IMG/VR virus record: IMGVR_UViG_3300044796_000394
Length of the DNA: 64,000 nt
Source of the DNA: a virus
Lineage: Duplodnaviria > Heunggongvirae > Uroviricota > Caudoviricetes
Strand: one strand, 5' to 3'
The first letter of the stretch is position 1. Every line of letters starts with the position of its first letter. The notes below the pieces were generated by a model that ran no database searches, had not been told where the DNA came from, and saw only the letters and a list, made by a program, of their open reading frames with translations. Both the position numbers and the translations under genes were made by a program. Shown here piece after piece: positions 1 through 10,761 of the stretch.

Positions 1-99
1 GTCGCCGTTCTGGATGCCTTCGAGAAGACCAATGTCGCCCCATCGCTTGGATAGGACTGCCGCTTCGTTGAGATAGTGGCTGTTAAGATTCATTTGCAT
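1..99 (-). CDS. Major capsid protein (T4 gp23-like), 5' end only; runs off the window
   Basis: Manual translation MQMNLNSHYLNEAAVLSKRWGDIGLLEGIQNGD resembles the W..xGLLEGL N-terminus of large-phage gp23. It has a GAGGA RBS and lies directly downstream of protease and scaffold genes (gp21-gp22-gp23 order). Confidence 0.8.
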   Translation of the reverse strand, partial: MQMNLNSHYLNEAAVLSKRWGDIGLLEGIQNGD

Positions 100-135
100 A
101 AACTAATATTTCCTCTGGGTTAACCTTTAAGCTAT

Positions 136-1104
136 TTATTTAGAAGTCCGCAGCGGTCTGTCTTCATCACGGGAACGTCCCGTTTGACCTGACAAGTATT
201 TCCAGTCTGCGTAAATTTCTTCACCAGCATGTTCAACAATCGTGTTGCTGTTGGTGTTTGCTACGGGTTCACCAGAAGCATCCTTCGTTTCGCCGATCAC
301 TACACGACGATTCTCAGTATTGCCTTCACCCCGTCCCTCTGCCTTGCGTGCTTTTTCTAATCTCACATTGCGTTCATTGCTCTTGTTTTCGCTGATGAGC
401 GAATGCTGATGTTTCACAGCTTCGGTCAAACGAGTATTGTCTGTTGCCAAACGCATACTCTTAGCTTCCAAAATCTTGATCTGAGCCTTTTGCTCATCGA
501 GTTGCTTGTTCAGGTTCTCGACTCTTGAGGAAGTCGCAACAGCGAAATCTTCATCGGACAGATAGTTTTGGGCGACTTCGAGAATTCTCTCAAAAGCCAA
601 TTTGTGTTCGGTGACGGCTGGATCGTTCATTACGTCCTTCTTGGCCATCTCGTAATATTTTTCGCCTTGGATTGCCAAGAACTGATCAATCTTGTCGACC
701 ATGTAATCTCGGACTTCGGCCAACCGCTTGTCGTATTCTTCGTAAAGACTTACTTCGAGCGTGTCGTTCTTTGAACGTTCTTCTTGGAGCATTTGGTAGG
801 CTTCTTCATAGCCTTCTTCCAAAGCTGCATCAAATTCTTCTTTTTGAACCGCTAAGCGATCACGCAAGTCAGTGATGATTTCCCACGCTTGGGCATAACC
901 ACGCTCTGCGACTTGTTCGTCAGAAGTTTTTTCTTCTTCGACAGTCTTATATGCTTCGCTAAGCTTGTCGCTATATTCTGCTTCTAATTCCTTGGTTGCT
1001 TCTTCGAGGAAGTTGGAAATAGCCGTAGAAACTTCCTTTTGAGCATCTTCAGGGAGAAGACCAGCCATAGCTTTCATGATCTGCTCGGTACTCTTGTTTG
1101 CCAT
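136..1104 (-). CDS. Prohead core scaffold protein (T4 gp22-like)
   Basis: Acidic coiled-coil protein of 322 aa between the prohead protease and capsid genes; several L/I-x-E sites. Confidence 0.75.
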   Translation of the reverse strand: MANKSTEQIMKAMAGLLPEDAQKEVSTAISNFLEEATKELEAEYSDKLSEAYKTVEEEKTSDEQVAERGYAQAWEIITDLRDRLAVQKEEFDAALEEGYEEAYQMLQEERSKNDTLEVSLYEEYDKRLAEVRDYMVDKIDQFLAIQGEKYYEMAKKDVMNDPAVTEHKLAFERILEVAQNYLSDEDFAVATSSRVENLNKQLDEQKAQIKILEAKSMRLATDNTRLTEAVKHQHSLISENKSNERNVRLEKARKAEGRGEGNTENRRVVIGETKDASGEPVANTNSNTIVEHAGEEIYADWKYLSGQTGRSRDEDRPLRTSK

Positions 1105-1393
1105 TGATAATCTCTCCTAAGCCTTATGCTGCTATTCAGTTCAACCTTATATATGCAGCGACGTTAAACTTTTTTCTGAAATTATGTCGCATCATGTCCA
1201 AACAGATGCTCGATAGAAATATGTATGCCGGTGCCTTCATTTTTAAACAACTTTTGCCACGATTCTTCGTGGCAAAATTTATGTCTCAAAAAGGCTTTTT
1301 CGCTGGCCACTGATTTCTTCGCCGTGACCGATTTAACCTTCAATTGGTGATGAGCTTATAATTAACATCACGCTGTTTTATATAGTGGTCTAA

Positions 1394-2044
1394 TTATGCT
1401 TTTTTGCGAATATCTTTTTTGATGCTCTGCATTTGATTATCCAAGGCCAAGCCGAAGTAAGAAACAAAAGCCTTACTGTTAACATTGTGATTTTCAACGA
1501 TTGGCTTGACTGGTTCAAAATTTTCACGTTTGCTTGAAACCTTATTCATCGGCTGTTGGAAAGCAGCATAAGTGCTAGGATCGGCAACGGCATCAAAAGT
1601 GATTAATTTGTAACTTTCGCCAATAACCAAAACGCCTTCATTGTTCGTTTGGCCATTACCAACACCACGACTACTAATACCAATACGACCACCGGCTTCC
1701 ATGATGCTCTTTAAGATCATGCCGCTTGGCGTACGAAGAATTTCGCCTTCACCCATCAACACATTACCTTCCCACCATAAGCGGGTAACAACGTGACTTG
1801 TATTGGCCAAGTGAATAATCGAATCCGTAGGGTGATCGAGTTCGCCGTAAAGCCCCTTGGAGCTAACTGTTTCTGCTAATTTTTCCACGTTCGATGCTAG
1901 AACGTCATACGGGTACATCCGCTTATTCTTATTGGTGGCATTGGCCTCTTGAAACTTACCCTGAAACTTGGTTCGTCCGTTAGTGGATTCACTCAAAGCA
2001 AAGGAAGTCCATCCGCAGCAGTCAATAAGGAGATGATCAGTCAT
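1394..2044 (-). CDS. Prohead maturation protease (T4 gp21-like)
   Basis: Motifs NKNKRMYP, GELDHP, IGISSRGVG and TFDAVADPS. Confidence 0.95.
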   Translation of the reverse strand: MTDHLLIDCCGWTSFALSESTNGRTKFQGKFQEANATNKNKRMYPYDVLASNVEKLAETVSSKGLYGELDHPTDSIIHLANTSHVVTRLWWEGNVLMGEGEILRTPSGMILKSIMEAGGRIGISSRGVGNGQTNNEGVLVIGESYKLITFDAVADPSTYAAFQQPMNKVSSKRENFEPVKPIVENHNVNSKAFVSYFGLALDNQMQSIKKDIRKKA

Positions 2045-2134
2045 ATTTTTTACACTCCAAATCTATTACACACTTTGTCTCTATATTTATGCCGGAAGCA
2101 GCGAAAATGTTGGACAAGCAGATTACATTAACTT

Positions 2135-3115
2135 GTGAACGAAATCTTATTAGGTGATTGTTTGGATAATATTAAGAAGATTGAGGACAACTCAATTGAC
2201 ATAATAATTACCGATCCCCCTTATTGGCTTGGCTCTAAATTCAAAATAGACGCCCAAGGTCAATACGTTGGCACCACCACCGACTGTAAACACACCGGCA
2301 CAACTTGGAAAATTGGCGATGGCTACTGGCTCGAAGCCATATTCAAAGAATTCTTTAGAGTTATAAAGCATGGAAGTTTTGTTTTGTTGTTCAGCATCGA
2401 TAGATTCATTGACCTGCCAACCTATAATGCTCGCCGTAACGGTTTCGACGTCTGCCAGTCCGTTTACTGGAAATTCAAACAAGGAATGCCCAAGGGCACC
2501 AATACGAGCAAAAGAGTGGACGCTTTGATCCTTCAAGGAAACGCCGGTACACGTTCGCTTAGAAAGCAAGAGTTTGACAATCCATCCGGTAAGGAAATTG
2601 AAGTCAAATCAGGCAGCAACGGCTTTTCCCACGACGTTAAACTTATCAACAGAAAATCAGAAACAGTGCCACTAACGGATGCCGGTAAAAAGTACGCAGG
2701 CTCAGTTTATGGATTGGCTTGCTTGGCTCCTGAAATCGAAGTAATCGGCGTATATCGCAAACCGGCCAAGTACGACAACATGGCCACAGATGCCGCTAAA
2801 TCGCTTGAAGACCCCACTGTACGGGCAGCAGCGGTCTACGTAGACAGATACAAAGAGAAATACGGCAAGTTTCCGGGTCAAGTGCTAGAAGTTAACAAAC
2901 CGAATTCCACGGAACGCAACGGACACCCCACACAGAAGCCTGTACAACTCATGGAGGACTTGATTATGCTGTTCAGCAACGACGACGACATTGTGCTCGA
3001 TCCCTTTTGCGGTTCGGGTACAACGCTTGTAGCGGCTAAGAAAATGGATAGAAAATACTTGGGATTTGAAATTAATGAAACATTCAAGAATATTGCCGAT
3101 GAGAGGTTAAAGTAA
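2135..3115 (+). CDS. DNA N6-adenine/N4-cytosine methyltransferase (beta class)
   Basis: N-terminal DPPY; HPTQKP and DPFCGSGTT near the C-terminus. Confidence 0.93.
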   Translation: MNEILLGDCLDNIKKIEDNSIDIIITDPPYWLGSKFKIDAQGQYVGTTTDCKHTGTTWKIGDGYWLEAIFKEFFRVIKHGSFVLLFSIDRFIDLPTYNARRNGFDVCQSVYWKFKQGMPKGTNTSKRVDALILQGNAGTRSLRKQEFDNPSGKEIEVKSGSNGFSHDVKLINRKSETVPLTDAGKKYAGSVYGLACLAPEIEVIGVYRKPAKYDNMATDAAKSLEDPTVRAAAVYVDRYKEKYGKFPGQVLEVNKPNSTERNGHPTQKPVQLMEDLIMLFSNDDDIVLDPFCGSGTTLVAAKKMDRKYLGFEINETFKNIADERLK

Positions 3116-3142
3116 AAAAGCCCGGCAATGCCGGGCTTTTTT
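3114..3142. terminator. Bidirectional intrinsic terminator
   Basis: A6-GCCCGGC-AAT-GCCGGGC-T6 between convergent genes. Confidence 0.88.
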
Positions 3143-3147
3143 GTAGT

Positions 3148-5058
3148 TTACTCAACTGCGTTCTTAGGATCAACCAACTGCTTAGGGATCAAAGCCTTTG
3201 GCACGTATGGGTTTTGGAGACCCGGCCACGTATCGCCTGAGCCATTGCCCCATTGATCGTCGTCTGCTACGCTTTCGGCACCCTTCATAACGTAATCGCC
3301 GTAAGGCTTTGGAACGTTCGGGTTTTCGAGTGATGGCCATACATCCTTGCCACCCTTGTTACCCCAACTTCTGTTGCGGGCTTCTTCGGAATTAGCGTGG
3401 CTGTACTTCATTTTCTCTTGGCCGATTTGAGGAGCTGGATCGTCCCAATCACCGGGGAACTTGCTAGGAATACCATCAACCTTAGCGTTGGTAGCCATTT
3501 GAGGGTGATCACCGACTACCGTATCATGTGGGGTCTTAACCACAGTCCAAGTATCGCTTGCACCCGGCAAGTTGGCTTCTACAACATTTCTCAACCAGTC
3601 AGCAACTTCAACTGCGAATTCTACTGAACCAGCAGCCTTGCCACCGAGTACCAATTCCAATTCTGATACAATTTCGCTGGCTTCCGAACGAACTTCATCG
3701 TTGCGGCTTTCCAATGCGATCTTGCGAACATCGAGGACGGCATTGTAAAGGTCTTCGTAAACCTTCATTTCCGTAGCAATTGATTCATCCAGTGAAGGGA
3801 AGTAGTTGCCCATAGCCGATTGGAAATCCACGAAAGCGTCTTTGCTTTCTACTGGAGTCACATTGGCGAGAGTGTAAAGTTTTTCTACTCGTTCGCTATA
3901 AGCGTGGTGAGCAGTTCTCAAAATACCTTCTGCCATGAAGCTACAAGTATTGTCGTCAAAGTTAACAACACCGGCGTTTTCCAAAGCCGTTCCGATTGTC
4001 TTGGCCAACTCTTGTTGAGTCAAGAAAAGAACGCTTGGGAAGTTTTGAACAACGCTACCCAAAGTATCTTCGAGGGCAGCAGTGTCAGACAGATTGTTGT
4101 GTCTCTTGAGTTCTGAAACAGCCTTTGCGAAACCTGCGTCATTAGCCAAACGCAAACCAGCTTCACGCATAACCTTCGGGCTATCTTGCTTGATCATCTT
4201 GTCAAAGTGCATCTTGATGAGCTTGGCTTCATTGCGAGCCTTGGTCGTTGGGATGCTAACAGAGGTCAAGTTGCCCTTGGCGTCTTGGCGAGTAATTGAT
4301 TCACTCAATACATAACCATTTTCAACAATGTCAGCGTATTGGAATACGTTTTCGGTCAAGGTCAACCACTCGTTGAGATGCTTCTTGCCACGACCGTATT
4401 GCTTGCCACCGCTCAAAGCGTGAAGGCGGCTATAAGAATGGCTGTTAACCTTACGACGGGATCGTTCGGAAGCCAATTGTGAATGACGCTTCTTTCCACC
4501 AGCCTTGTAAGATGCACCGTGAAGTCTGTGAGCCTTCTTAGCTGCTGCTGACTTCTTAGGATCTTTAGCACCCTTGCGAACGAAAACCTTCGGGCCATTG
4601 TGGCCACGGGTTCCATACAAGCGAACGTGTGCTTCATCAAGAGGATCAGCTTCTGAAGGAACAAGAGTGCCTTCACGCTTGTACTTGTCGGAAGCCAATT
4701 CCATGTATTTTTCAAGTAAGCCAGCTGCATTCGCATCTTTATCTTCGAGAATGGCTGACAAGAGATCGTTAACAACTTCACGACGCTTGCTGTTGGCAGA
4801 AGCTTCGTCAATAACGAGTTCTTCAATGTTATCGAAGGTAATTCTTTCGCCTTCGACTCTATAATCCGAACGAAGGAAAGTTCCATCGCCCTTTTGGTAA
4901 ATGACATTTTGATCGTTAACTGATTCCAGAACCAGCGACTCAACACCCAAGGTGCGTGCCAAATGGTCTTGAGCCTCGATCAACTCGTTCACAACCGTTG
5001 ACAGAGAATCCTCTTTCATCGTCTCGAAATCTTTGTAATCTACAAGCTTTCTTTTCAT
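3148..5058 (-). CDS. Large hypothetical protein, probable head-associated virion protein
   Basis: 636-aa ORF with a GGAG RBS in the head module; contains a basic Lys/Arg/His-rich insert, several LxE sites and Pro/Trp C-terminal quasi-repeats. Confidence 0.6.
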   Translation of the reverse strand: MKRKLVDYKDFETMKEDSLSTVVNELIEAQDHLARTLGVESLVLESVNDQNVIYQKGDGTFLRSDYRVEGERITFDNIEELVIDEASANSKRREVVNDLLSAILEDKDANAAGLLEKYMELASDKYKREGTLVPSEADPLDEAHVRLYGTRGHNGPKVFVRKGAKDPKKSAAAKKAHRLHGASYKAGGKKRHSQLASERSRRKVNSHSYSRLHALSGGKQYGRGKKHLNEWLTLTENVFQYADIVENGYVLSESITRQDAKGNLTSVSIPTTKARNEAKLIKMHFDKMIKQDSPKVMREAGLRLANDAGFAKAVSELKRHNNLSDTAALEDTLGSVVQNFPSVLFLTQQELAKTIGTALENAGVVNFDDNTCSFMAEGILRTAHHAYSERVEKLYTLANVTPVESKDAFVDFQSAMGNYFPSLDESIATEMKVYEDLYNAVLDVRKIALESRNDEVRSEASEIVSELELVLGGKAAGSVEFAVEVADWLRNVVEANLPGASDTWTVVKTPHDTVVGDHPQMATNAKVDGIPSKFPGDWDDPAPQIGQEKMKYSHANSEEARNRSWGNKGGKDVWPSLENPNVPKPYGDYVMKGAESVADDDQWGNGSGDTWPGLQNPYVPKALIPKQLVDPKNAVE

Positions 5059-5173
5059 CTGATAACTCCTAAACGCTTGGCCGACAAGGTCGCTACTAAA
5101 TCCCCTGCGGAGTGTACGAACTTATCATATATACACCCTCAGCTAATTTTTTGCTTTAAATCTAAATATCATT

Positions 5174-5530
5174 ATGACAAACTTAAAACGAGCGGGATTG
5201 TTAACCCTTAATCAATTTCGAGAAACAGCACTCGGCGATATGAAGGGTGAGATAAGTAGTGACACTAACAAAGAAGTTGCAGACGAAATCCTTGAATTAC
5301 TCAAAGATTTTGATGAAAATTTTCGTATTCTTTTTGTATCTACCATTCACGAAGGTCGTAAACAACAATCCTTTTTAGATGCGTTGAAGAAAATGACCAG
5401 TCTGCTCAAAACTTTAAAGCAATTGCCAGACGAACGCAAAAAAGATGGTGAAAAAGATCCGTTGTCTAATACGGTAGCTAGACCACACGATGGCCCAGAC
5501 GGTCCCGATGGCGCAGGTAATGGTGGTTAA
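5174..5530 (+). CDS. Hypothetical protein
   Basis: 118-aa ORF preceded by a TAAATA box. Confidence 0.6.
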   Translation: MTNLKRAGLLTLNQFRETALGDMKGEISSDTNKEVADEILELLKDFDENFRILFVSTIHEGRKQQSFLDALKKMTSLLKTLKQLPDERKKDGEKDPLSNTVARPHDGPDGPDGAGNGG

Positions 5531-5548
5531 TCTCTAATTGGACTGGTA

Positions 5549-7003
5549 ATGAAAAATTTTAACGAATGGGTTTTACTAGAAGCCGAAACTACTCCGCAAG
5601 GCAAAGTACAAAGTGTTGAAGAATATTTGACAAAGTCTTGGCATCCATTAATTGCACAAGGTAATTACCTAGTTTACATCCCCGATGTTCACTATCGCCC
5701 AGACCTCCAAAACGCTGGTCCAAAAGATAGTAGTGGTGGAACAGGGCGACGAGATATAAGTGCCTACAATCACGATCAAAGAGGAACAACCCTTTTTGGT
5801 TTGGCCGAATTTCTGAACAATGGTTTTAAGATCATCGAAGGCGAAATGGTTCATATCTCAAACCATTCGGTTTTACTTGTAAGTATCGACCCCAAATCTA
5901 ATATTCAATTTCTGGACGCCAAAAACGATCAAACGAACCCTTGGCGTTGGATTACTGAAAGATTGTCTGATTACAAGCATTATGCTAAATCTCTCAAATT
6001 GTCACCTGAGCAACACAAAGACTTGGCTTATGATATGGCGGAAGTTGAAAAAGAAATTATGTCGTGGTACAAACAAGGAACATATCCTAACGGCAGAGTA
6101 GCAGATGATAGAAAAATGCCACCAACAGATTTTCGGTTAAAGAAAATGCTTTGGCTTATTAATGTTCAAATTCCTAGCATCATTGGACATTATTCTGACA
6201 ATAAACATAAAGTCAACATACCAAAATATAATACGTATTATGATGACCGGGGATCACCGTGGTCACGCAATATCCCTGCTAGAAAAGTCGATGTAGACGT
6301 TATCAGTCATTCGGGGCCATTGTCTACGACCAAATGGGCTATCGCCTTCAACCCAAAGGCTATGCGAAAAGTTGACTCGGTTGTACTTCCAAGTTCGTTC
6401 AGCGGATTGAAAAAAACTAATGCCGATCCGGTTACAGGAAAACAAAATCTAATTGTCCAATCACCGCAAAGTAAGCAATATCTTGGCTTTGATGCCAAGA
6501 TTAACAAGGGACTTCAAGAAATTACTGAGTTGATTAACAATATGTTGGAATGGGATGAAAGAATAACAGATGTTCAAGGCGGTATTAGAACGAAGAAAGA
6601 CGTTATTAGTAAACTCAAGAAAGTTGGTGATTTAGCTACTTCGTTGGCAAGATCACAGCCTAATGAAGTGGAAGAATTAGAAAAGAGATTCCAACACATT
6701 CTTGATCAAATTGATAATGAAGCCGTGTACAATGATACCGAAGATGATTATGGTGAGTTCACACAGCATCTTAACGATGAATGCCGTGAAGAATTACGTC
6801 CTCATTTCAACAGACAAATTGGTGTTCGGAGAAAAGACATTGCTCCCGAAGAAGACGACGCCTTTGAAGATGCCATTGAAAAATGTATGGATGCCAAACG
6901 GCAAGAATACGAAGATGATAGTGATAGAAAGCATTGGGGAGACATAGTAAATGCGTTTCGCAAAGTCATCCAGAATATCCAATCTCTCAAGACATCGCAA
7001 TAG
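5549..7003 (+). CDS. Hypothetical protein, putative internal head protein
   Basis: 484 aa; N-terminus MKNFNEWVLLEA resembles a T4 capsid-targeting sequence. Confidence 0.6.
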   Translation: MKNFNEWVLLEAETTPQGKVQSVEEYLTKSWHPLIAQGNYLVYIPDVHYRPDLQNAGPKDSSGGTGRRDISAYNHDQRGTTLFGLAEFLNNGFKIIEGEMVHISNHSVLLVSIDPKSNIQFLDAKNDQTNPWRWITERLSDYKHYAKSLKLSPEQHKDLAYDMAEVEKEIMSWYKQGTYPNGRVADDRKMPPTDFRLKKMLWLINVQIPSIIGHYSDNKHKVNIPKYNTYYDDRGSPWSRNIPARKVDVDVISHSGPLSTTKWAIAFNPKAMRKVDSVVLPSSFSGLKKTNADPVTGKQNLIVQSPQSKQYLGFDAKINKGLQEITELINNMLEWDERITDVQGGIRTKKDVISKLKKVGDLATSLARSQPNEVEELEKRFQHILDQIDNEAVYNDTEDDYGEFTQHLNDECREELRPHFNRQIGVRRKDIAPEEDDAFEDAIEKCMDAKRQEYEDDSDRKHWGDIVNAFRKVIQNIQSLKTSQ

Positions 7004-7661
7004 TATCGTAGTCGTTATCAACAGCCCATTGTGCTAAATCATGAAGGGCTTTGATGTTTCTCTGAATTCTTTCCTTGTCCACACCGCCGAAATGTACATC
7101 GGCCTTCCCCGGCTTTTTATCAACCTTGGCAGGCTCAACAGCCTTATCAATCTGGAAATCATTAATGGATTGAATCTTCCACAACAATTCTCTTGATTGA
7201 AGTGACTGTACCCCTCGCATACCCATTAATTGCAACACCAAATCAGCCATGTCGTTGCTCATGTTAACTTCCGGTGCCCGATTCTGACTATCCGGAATTT
7301 CTACATCAATACGATAAACGACATCGGGATGGAACGTTCCGCTTTGTTCCTTGCGGAATTTCCCATGTTTAACACCCATTTCCCCAATGGCATAAACAGC
7401 ACCATTGACAATTTTAGCCCACTCTGTTTCAGGCACGCCAGTAGGGTACAGGTTCATAGTACCTTTTTTCAAATGAGTATTCAAACCATCAATGGTAAAA
7501 ATACCTTCGGGATTGGTAGCTTTTTGACTCAAAGGTGCGTGTTGGTGAAGCCAAGCACGCACCTTATAGCCAAGGTCGGCGATGTCCTTAACATCGCTTG
7601 CCTCATATCCCTCTGGTTCAAACGTTACGCTTTCCGTTAACCACTTTTTGAAATTATTCAC
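6987..7661 (-). CDS. Hypothetical protein, putative internal head protein
   Basis: 224 aa; N-terminus xNNFKKWLTES; overlaps the portal stop. Confidence 0.6.
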   Translation of the reverse strand: MNNFKKWLTESVTFEPEGYEASDVKDIADLGYKVRAWLHQHAPLSQKATNPEGIFTIDGLNTHLKKGTMNLYPTGVPETEWAKIVNGAVYAIGEMGVKHGKFRKEQSGTFHPDVVYRIDVEIPDSQNRAPEVNMSNDMADLVLQLMGMRGVQSLQSRELLWKIQSINDFQIDKAVEPAKVDKKPGKADVHFGGVDKERIQRNIKALHDLAQWAVDNDYDTIAMS

Positions 7662-10194
7662 CTTCTACCTCGCTGGCATCAATTTCTTCGTCGTCAATTC
7701 CTTGCGACAAATCGTAAATTTCCAAATCGTACATCTTCAACTCATCGTCAGTTGGATCAGGCAATTCTACTACTTCAGGCTTCTCTGGTTGACCGTACGT
7801 GTCTTGTGCTTCGGCTCCAGGCTGTTGATCGCCCCCCGCATCCATTTCGCCACCTGTAGGCGGTTGATCTGGAGGCGGTTGCTGCCCGCTCATATCATTT
7901 GGTACTGGCCCGCCTGCTTGTGATCCCAATTCATTGCCCGGTGCTTGCGGCATAGCCACACCCAACAATTGAGGATTTTGACTCATTACTTGCAGCTTCA
8001 GTTCTTGCAGCTTCTGAATCATTGAACGAGCGACTTTTTCCTTCGCCTTTTCCAACGGTTCGTGCATAACATCCGTCAACAAGTCCAAGTCAGAATAAAC
8101 CATCGTACCCTTCAAGGTGGAAAGACGGTTAACACGGGCATCCTTGATTTCGTTTTCTGAGATTTCACGGTAGTGAGATGGAGCAGTCATCTTGATCTGC
8201 AAATCATCAAACAAATCACTTGGATAGCCACGCAATTGTAAGTGTCGAATAGCAACCTGAACCAGTCCACTCGCAACGTTTCTTTGTAGCCTCTCAACCA
8301 ATCTCGCAAACTTAACATCAACACTGGATAACGTCACTTTGGTGATTGAAGGATCGTCTTGTGCCATGTAGTTTCTTGGGAAACACATTGAGATAAACAA
8401 CTTGTTTCTGAAGTACAAGGCATCGTCAATTTCGCCTAAGTTTTGGGCACCGGGCAATGTTTCAACCCGTGTATTAGAATTCGGACGCAATGGAATCCAG
8501 AAGTCTTCATCGGCTGTCGGTGGCGTATTTCTTTCATCAACTGGCCCTGCACCCGACTGACCACCCTTAGAAGTAAATACCTTTTTCTTACGGAATTGAT
8601 CTTTCAATCGTTCCATGAAAGCTTCAGTTTTGAACGATGATAATTGACCAACATCGATGTAAAAGACCCGTCTTTCCGGCGCACGTGAAAGACGATAGAT
8701 TAACATACTATCTTCCATCAACTTCAATTGGTGCGCTGGGCCACGTGCTGCTTCAATCAAACTCACTCCATAAGGGAAAAACGTCTTGCGATTTCCGCCA
8801 ATACTAAAGTGTACGATAGATTGAGGTTGGAATCTGATAGCCGTTGCCTGCATCAATTCCGCTTCTGTAGCCTTCGTTACGTCAACCTTAGCTAAACTCT
8901 GATAATCAGGCCCATCTTTGGCTTGTTGGAATTCAATAGTCTTGCCTTTGATCGTATCAATACGATAAATACTTTCAGGTGGAAGTACTTGTACTTTCAA
9001 AATACCTAACTTGGGTTCATCGGAATCAATGACGAGTTCAATGAAGTGATCGCCATAAAGGAACAAGTCCCGGCACCAGCTCCAAATATTTTCGTCAAGG
9101 TTAATCATCGTCGGATGAAAAAAGAGGAATTCCAATTCTTCTTTGATGTCCGGATTTTTGCAGATGATATCGAGCATGTGCCCGTTCTCACCGATCTGGC
9201 AATTATGAAATACGCCGATGTCAGTACAGAAATTTTCGTGCTGATCTACGGAAAGATCGTAAACGTCCTCTTCGGCACCTTCCCAAGTAGCCAATACGGT
9301 TACGTAATCGGGAATCTCGCCTAAATGCTGGCATTCACGATAGCAAAAACCTTCGTATCTCAATCTTTCGGAAAGGGTATCCCAATCCTTACCGAAGAAC
9401 TCAGCGACTTGTTTGGTTTTCAATCCACCGGCAATGGATCTAACAATCTTGTATAGATTTTCTTTTTGTGTTTCGCCGGTACGCCATTCTTCAATGAAAT
9501 CACGTTCCGTCATCCAGCCTTTGTTATGGGTGAAAATACGTGGGAATTGTTTGCGTTTGGCACAAGCAAAAGTTTTTTCTGGCCGTTTGCGGTAGAAAGG
9601 CATCATACGATCACCCTTCTTTAACTGCCCCGCTTCAATCCATTCACCATTTCTCAACAAAACCCTATGGTCAGCAGTACAGCGGAATTGCGCACCGTCT
9701 GAAACGGTTACAACAACAGTTTTAGACTTCTTGACAATGCGTGGATGATGTGCCCAACCGAGTGTGTAATCTTGCTTGCCAAAATCGTAACAATATACGA
9801 GGAACTTTTCCCCTGTCATCTTGCGGGCAGCGAGGTCTTTAATTTCAATAAAGCCGAATGGAGTAGCAACTTTGGTATGTCCAGCAACGCAGGCTTCGTC
9901 AGCGAAAATCGTAATAGCATTTTCAATTTCGGGTACTGTTCTTAATCTTTCGTATTCTTTATATCGGCTTTGACGGTTTGTTACGCTGGATAAATCGATG
10001 AAGTCATTGCTGTCACGAAGCCTTACAACACCCCTACTACCACCAAAATATTCACCACTTTGACGAATGTCTTGAATGGCGTCTGGAACGGTAACGCCCG
10101 CACCTTCAATATCGTGAGTTACTTCACGCCGACGGATGGGATCAAGCTCACCTTGAAACTGCCATACCTTGTACAAATCACTCCAAAACGGCAT
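7654..10194 (-). CDS. Portal protein (T4 gp20-like) containing an intein
   Basis: Motifs PYGVSLIEAAR, LMEDSMLIYRLSRAPERRVFYIDVG, EDFWIP and ETLPGAQNLGEIDD. Confidence 0.95.
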   Translation of the reverse strand: MPFWSDLYKVWQFQGELDPIRRREVTHDIEGAGVTVPDAIQDIRQSGEYFGGSRGVVRLRDSNDFIDLSSVTNRQSRYKEYERLRTVPEIENAITIFADEACVAGHTKVATPFGFIEIKDLAARKMTGEKFLVYCYDFGKQDYTLGWAHHPRIVKKSKTVVVTVSDGAQFRCTADHRVLLRNGEWIEAGQLKKGDRMMPFYRKRPEKTFACAKRKQFPRIFTHNKGWMTERDFIEEWRTGETQKENLYKIVRSIAGGLKTKQVAEFFGKDWDTLSERLRYEGFCYRECQHLGEIPDYVTVLATWEGAEEDVYDLSVDQHENFCTDIGVFHNCQIGENGHMLDIICKNPDIKEELEFLFFHPTMINLDENIWSWCRDLFLYGDHFIELVIDSDEPKLGILKVQVLPPESIYRIDTIKGKTIEFQQAKDGPDYQSLAKVDVTKATEAELMQATAIRFQPQSIVHFSIGGNRKTFFPYGVSLIEAARGPAHQLKLMEDSMLIYRLSRAPERRVFYIDVGQLSSFKTEAFMERLKDQFRKKKVFTSKGGQSGAGPVDERNTPPTADEDFWIPLRPNSNTRVETLPGAQNLGEIDDALYFRNKLFISMCFPRNYMAQDDPSITKVTLSSVDVKFARLVERLQRNVASGLVQVAIRHLQLRGYPSDLFDDLQIKMTAPSHYREISENEIKDARVNRLSTLKGTMVYSDLDLLTDVMHEPLEKAKEKVARSMIQKLQELKLQVMSQNPQLLGVAMPQAPGNELGSQAGGPVPNDMSGQQPPPDQPPTGGEMDAGGDQQPGAEAQDTYGQPEKPEVVELPDPTDDELKMYDLEIYDLSQGIDDEEIDASEVEGE
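9202..9891 (-). mobile_element. Intein (230 aa) in the portal gene
   Basis: Starts CVAGHTKV, has block B CTADHRVL and block F VYDLSVDQHENF, ends FHN followed by Cys+1. Confidence 0.92.
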
Positions 10195-10311
10195 ATTCTT
10201 TACTCTCTTATTATGCTTTCAATGCTATCATAGTTAACTTTCTTCAATTGGCAGAAAGACTATGTTTCAAATATATAGCTCAAAAAGACGAAACCATCAG
10301 ACCTATTATCG

Positions 10312-10761
10312 ATGAAATACATTTTAATTCACACCCACCACGGCTCCCCTTACGATGTTTTGGTGGAATATTTCAGCAAAGTTCCCGGTGTTTGGGCGGG
10401 GGAAACCGGCAAAAACTATAAACAAGTTAAAGATTTGACCGATCTTCAAAATATGGACAAGCGTGCCATCAAGTTCGTTGATGTCATCTTAGAAAACAAG
10501 CAAATCCAATCTCCGGTGATCGAAAAATTGACGCTCAACATCTTTCTGATGGGTAACGAAGTGGGATCGCAAGACTATTTACGGTTCAGGCTGAGAAGAA
10601 TGTACGAGATTTGGCGAAGGAATGGGGGAATAGTTTTAGGCCCAACCATCGATGAATGGGCAAAGATCGAGAATTTGTACGATAGAAAAATTGACAAAGT
10701 GGAATTGAAGAATAGCGAAATCATTGACAAGTACTTATCAAAATTTCTACTACATATGTGA
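10312..10761 (+). CDS. Hypothetical protein
   Basis: 149-aa ORF. Confidence 0.55.
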   Translation: MKYILIHTHHGSPYDVLVEYFSKVPGVWAGETGKNYKQVKDLTDLQNMDKRAIKFVDVILENKQIQSPVIEKLTLNIFLMGNEVGSQDYLRFRLRRMYEIWRRNGGIVLGPTIDEWAKIENLYDRKIDKVELKNSEIIDKYLSKFLLHM

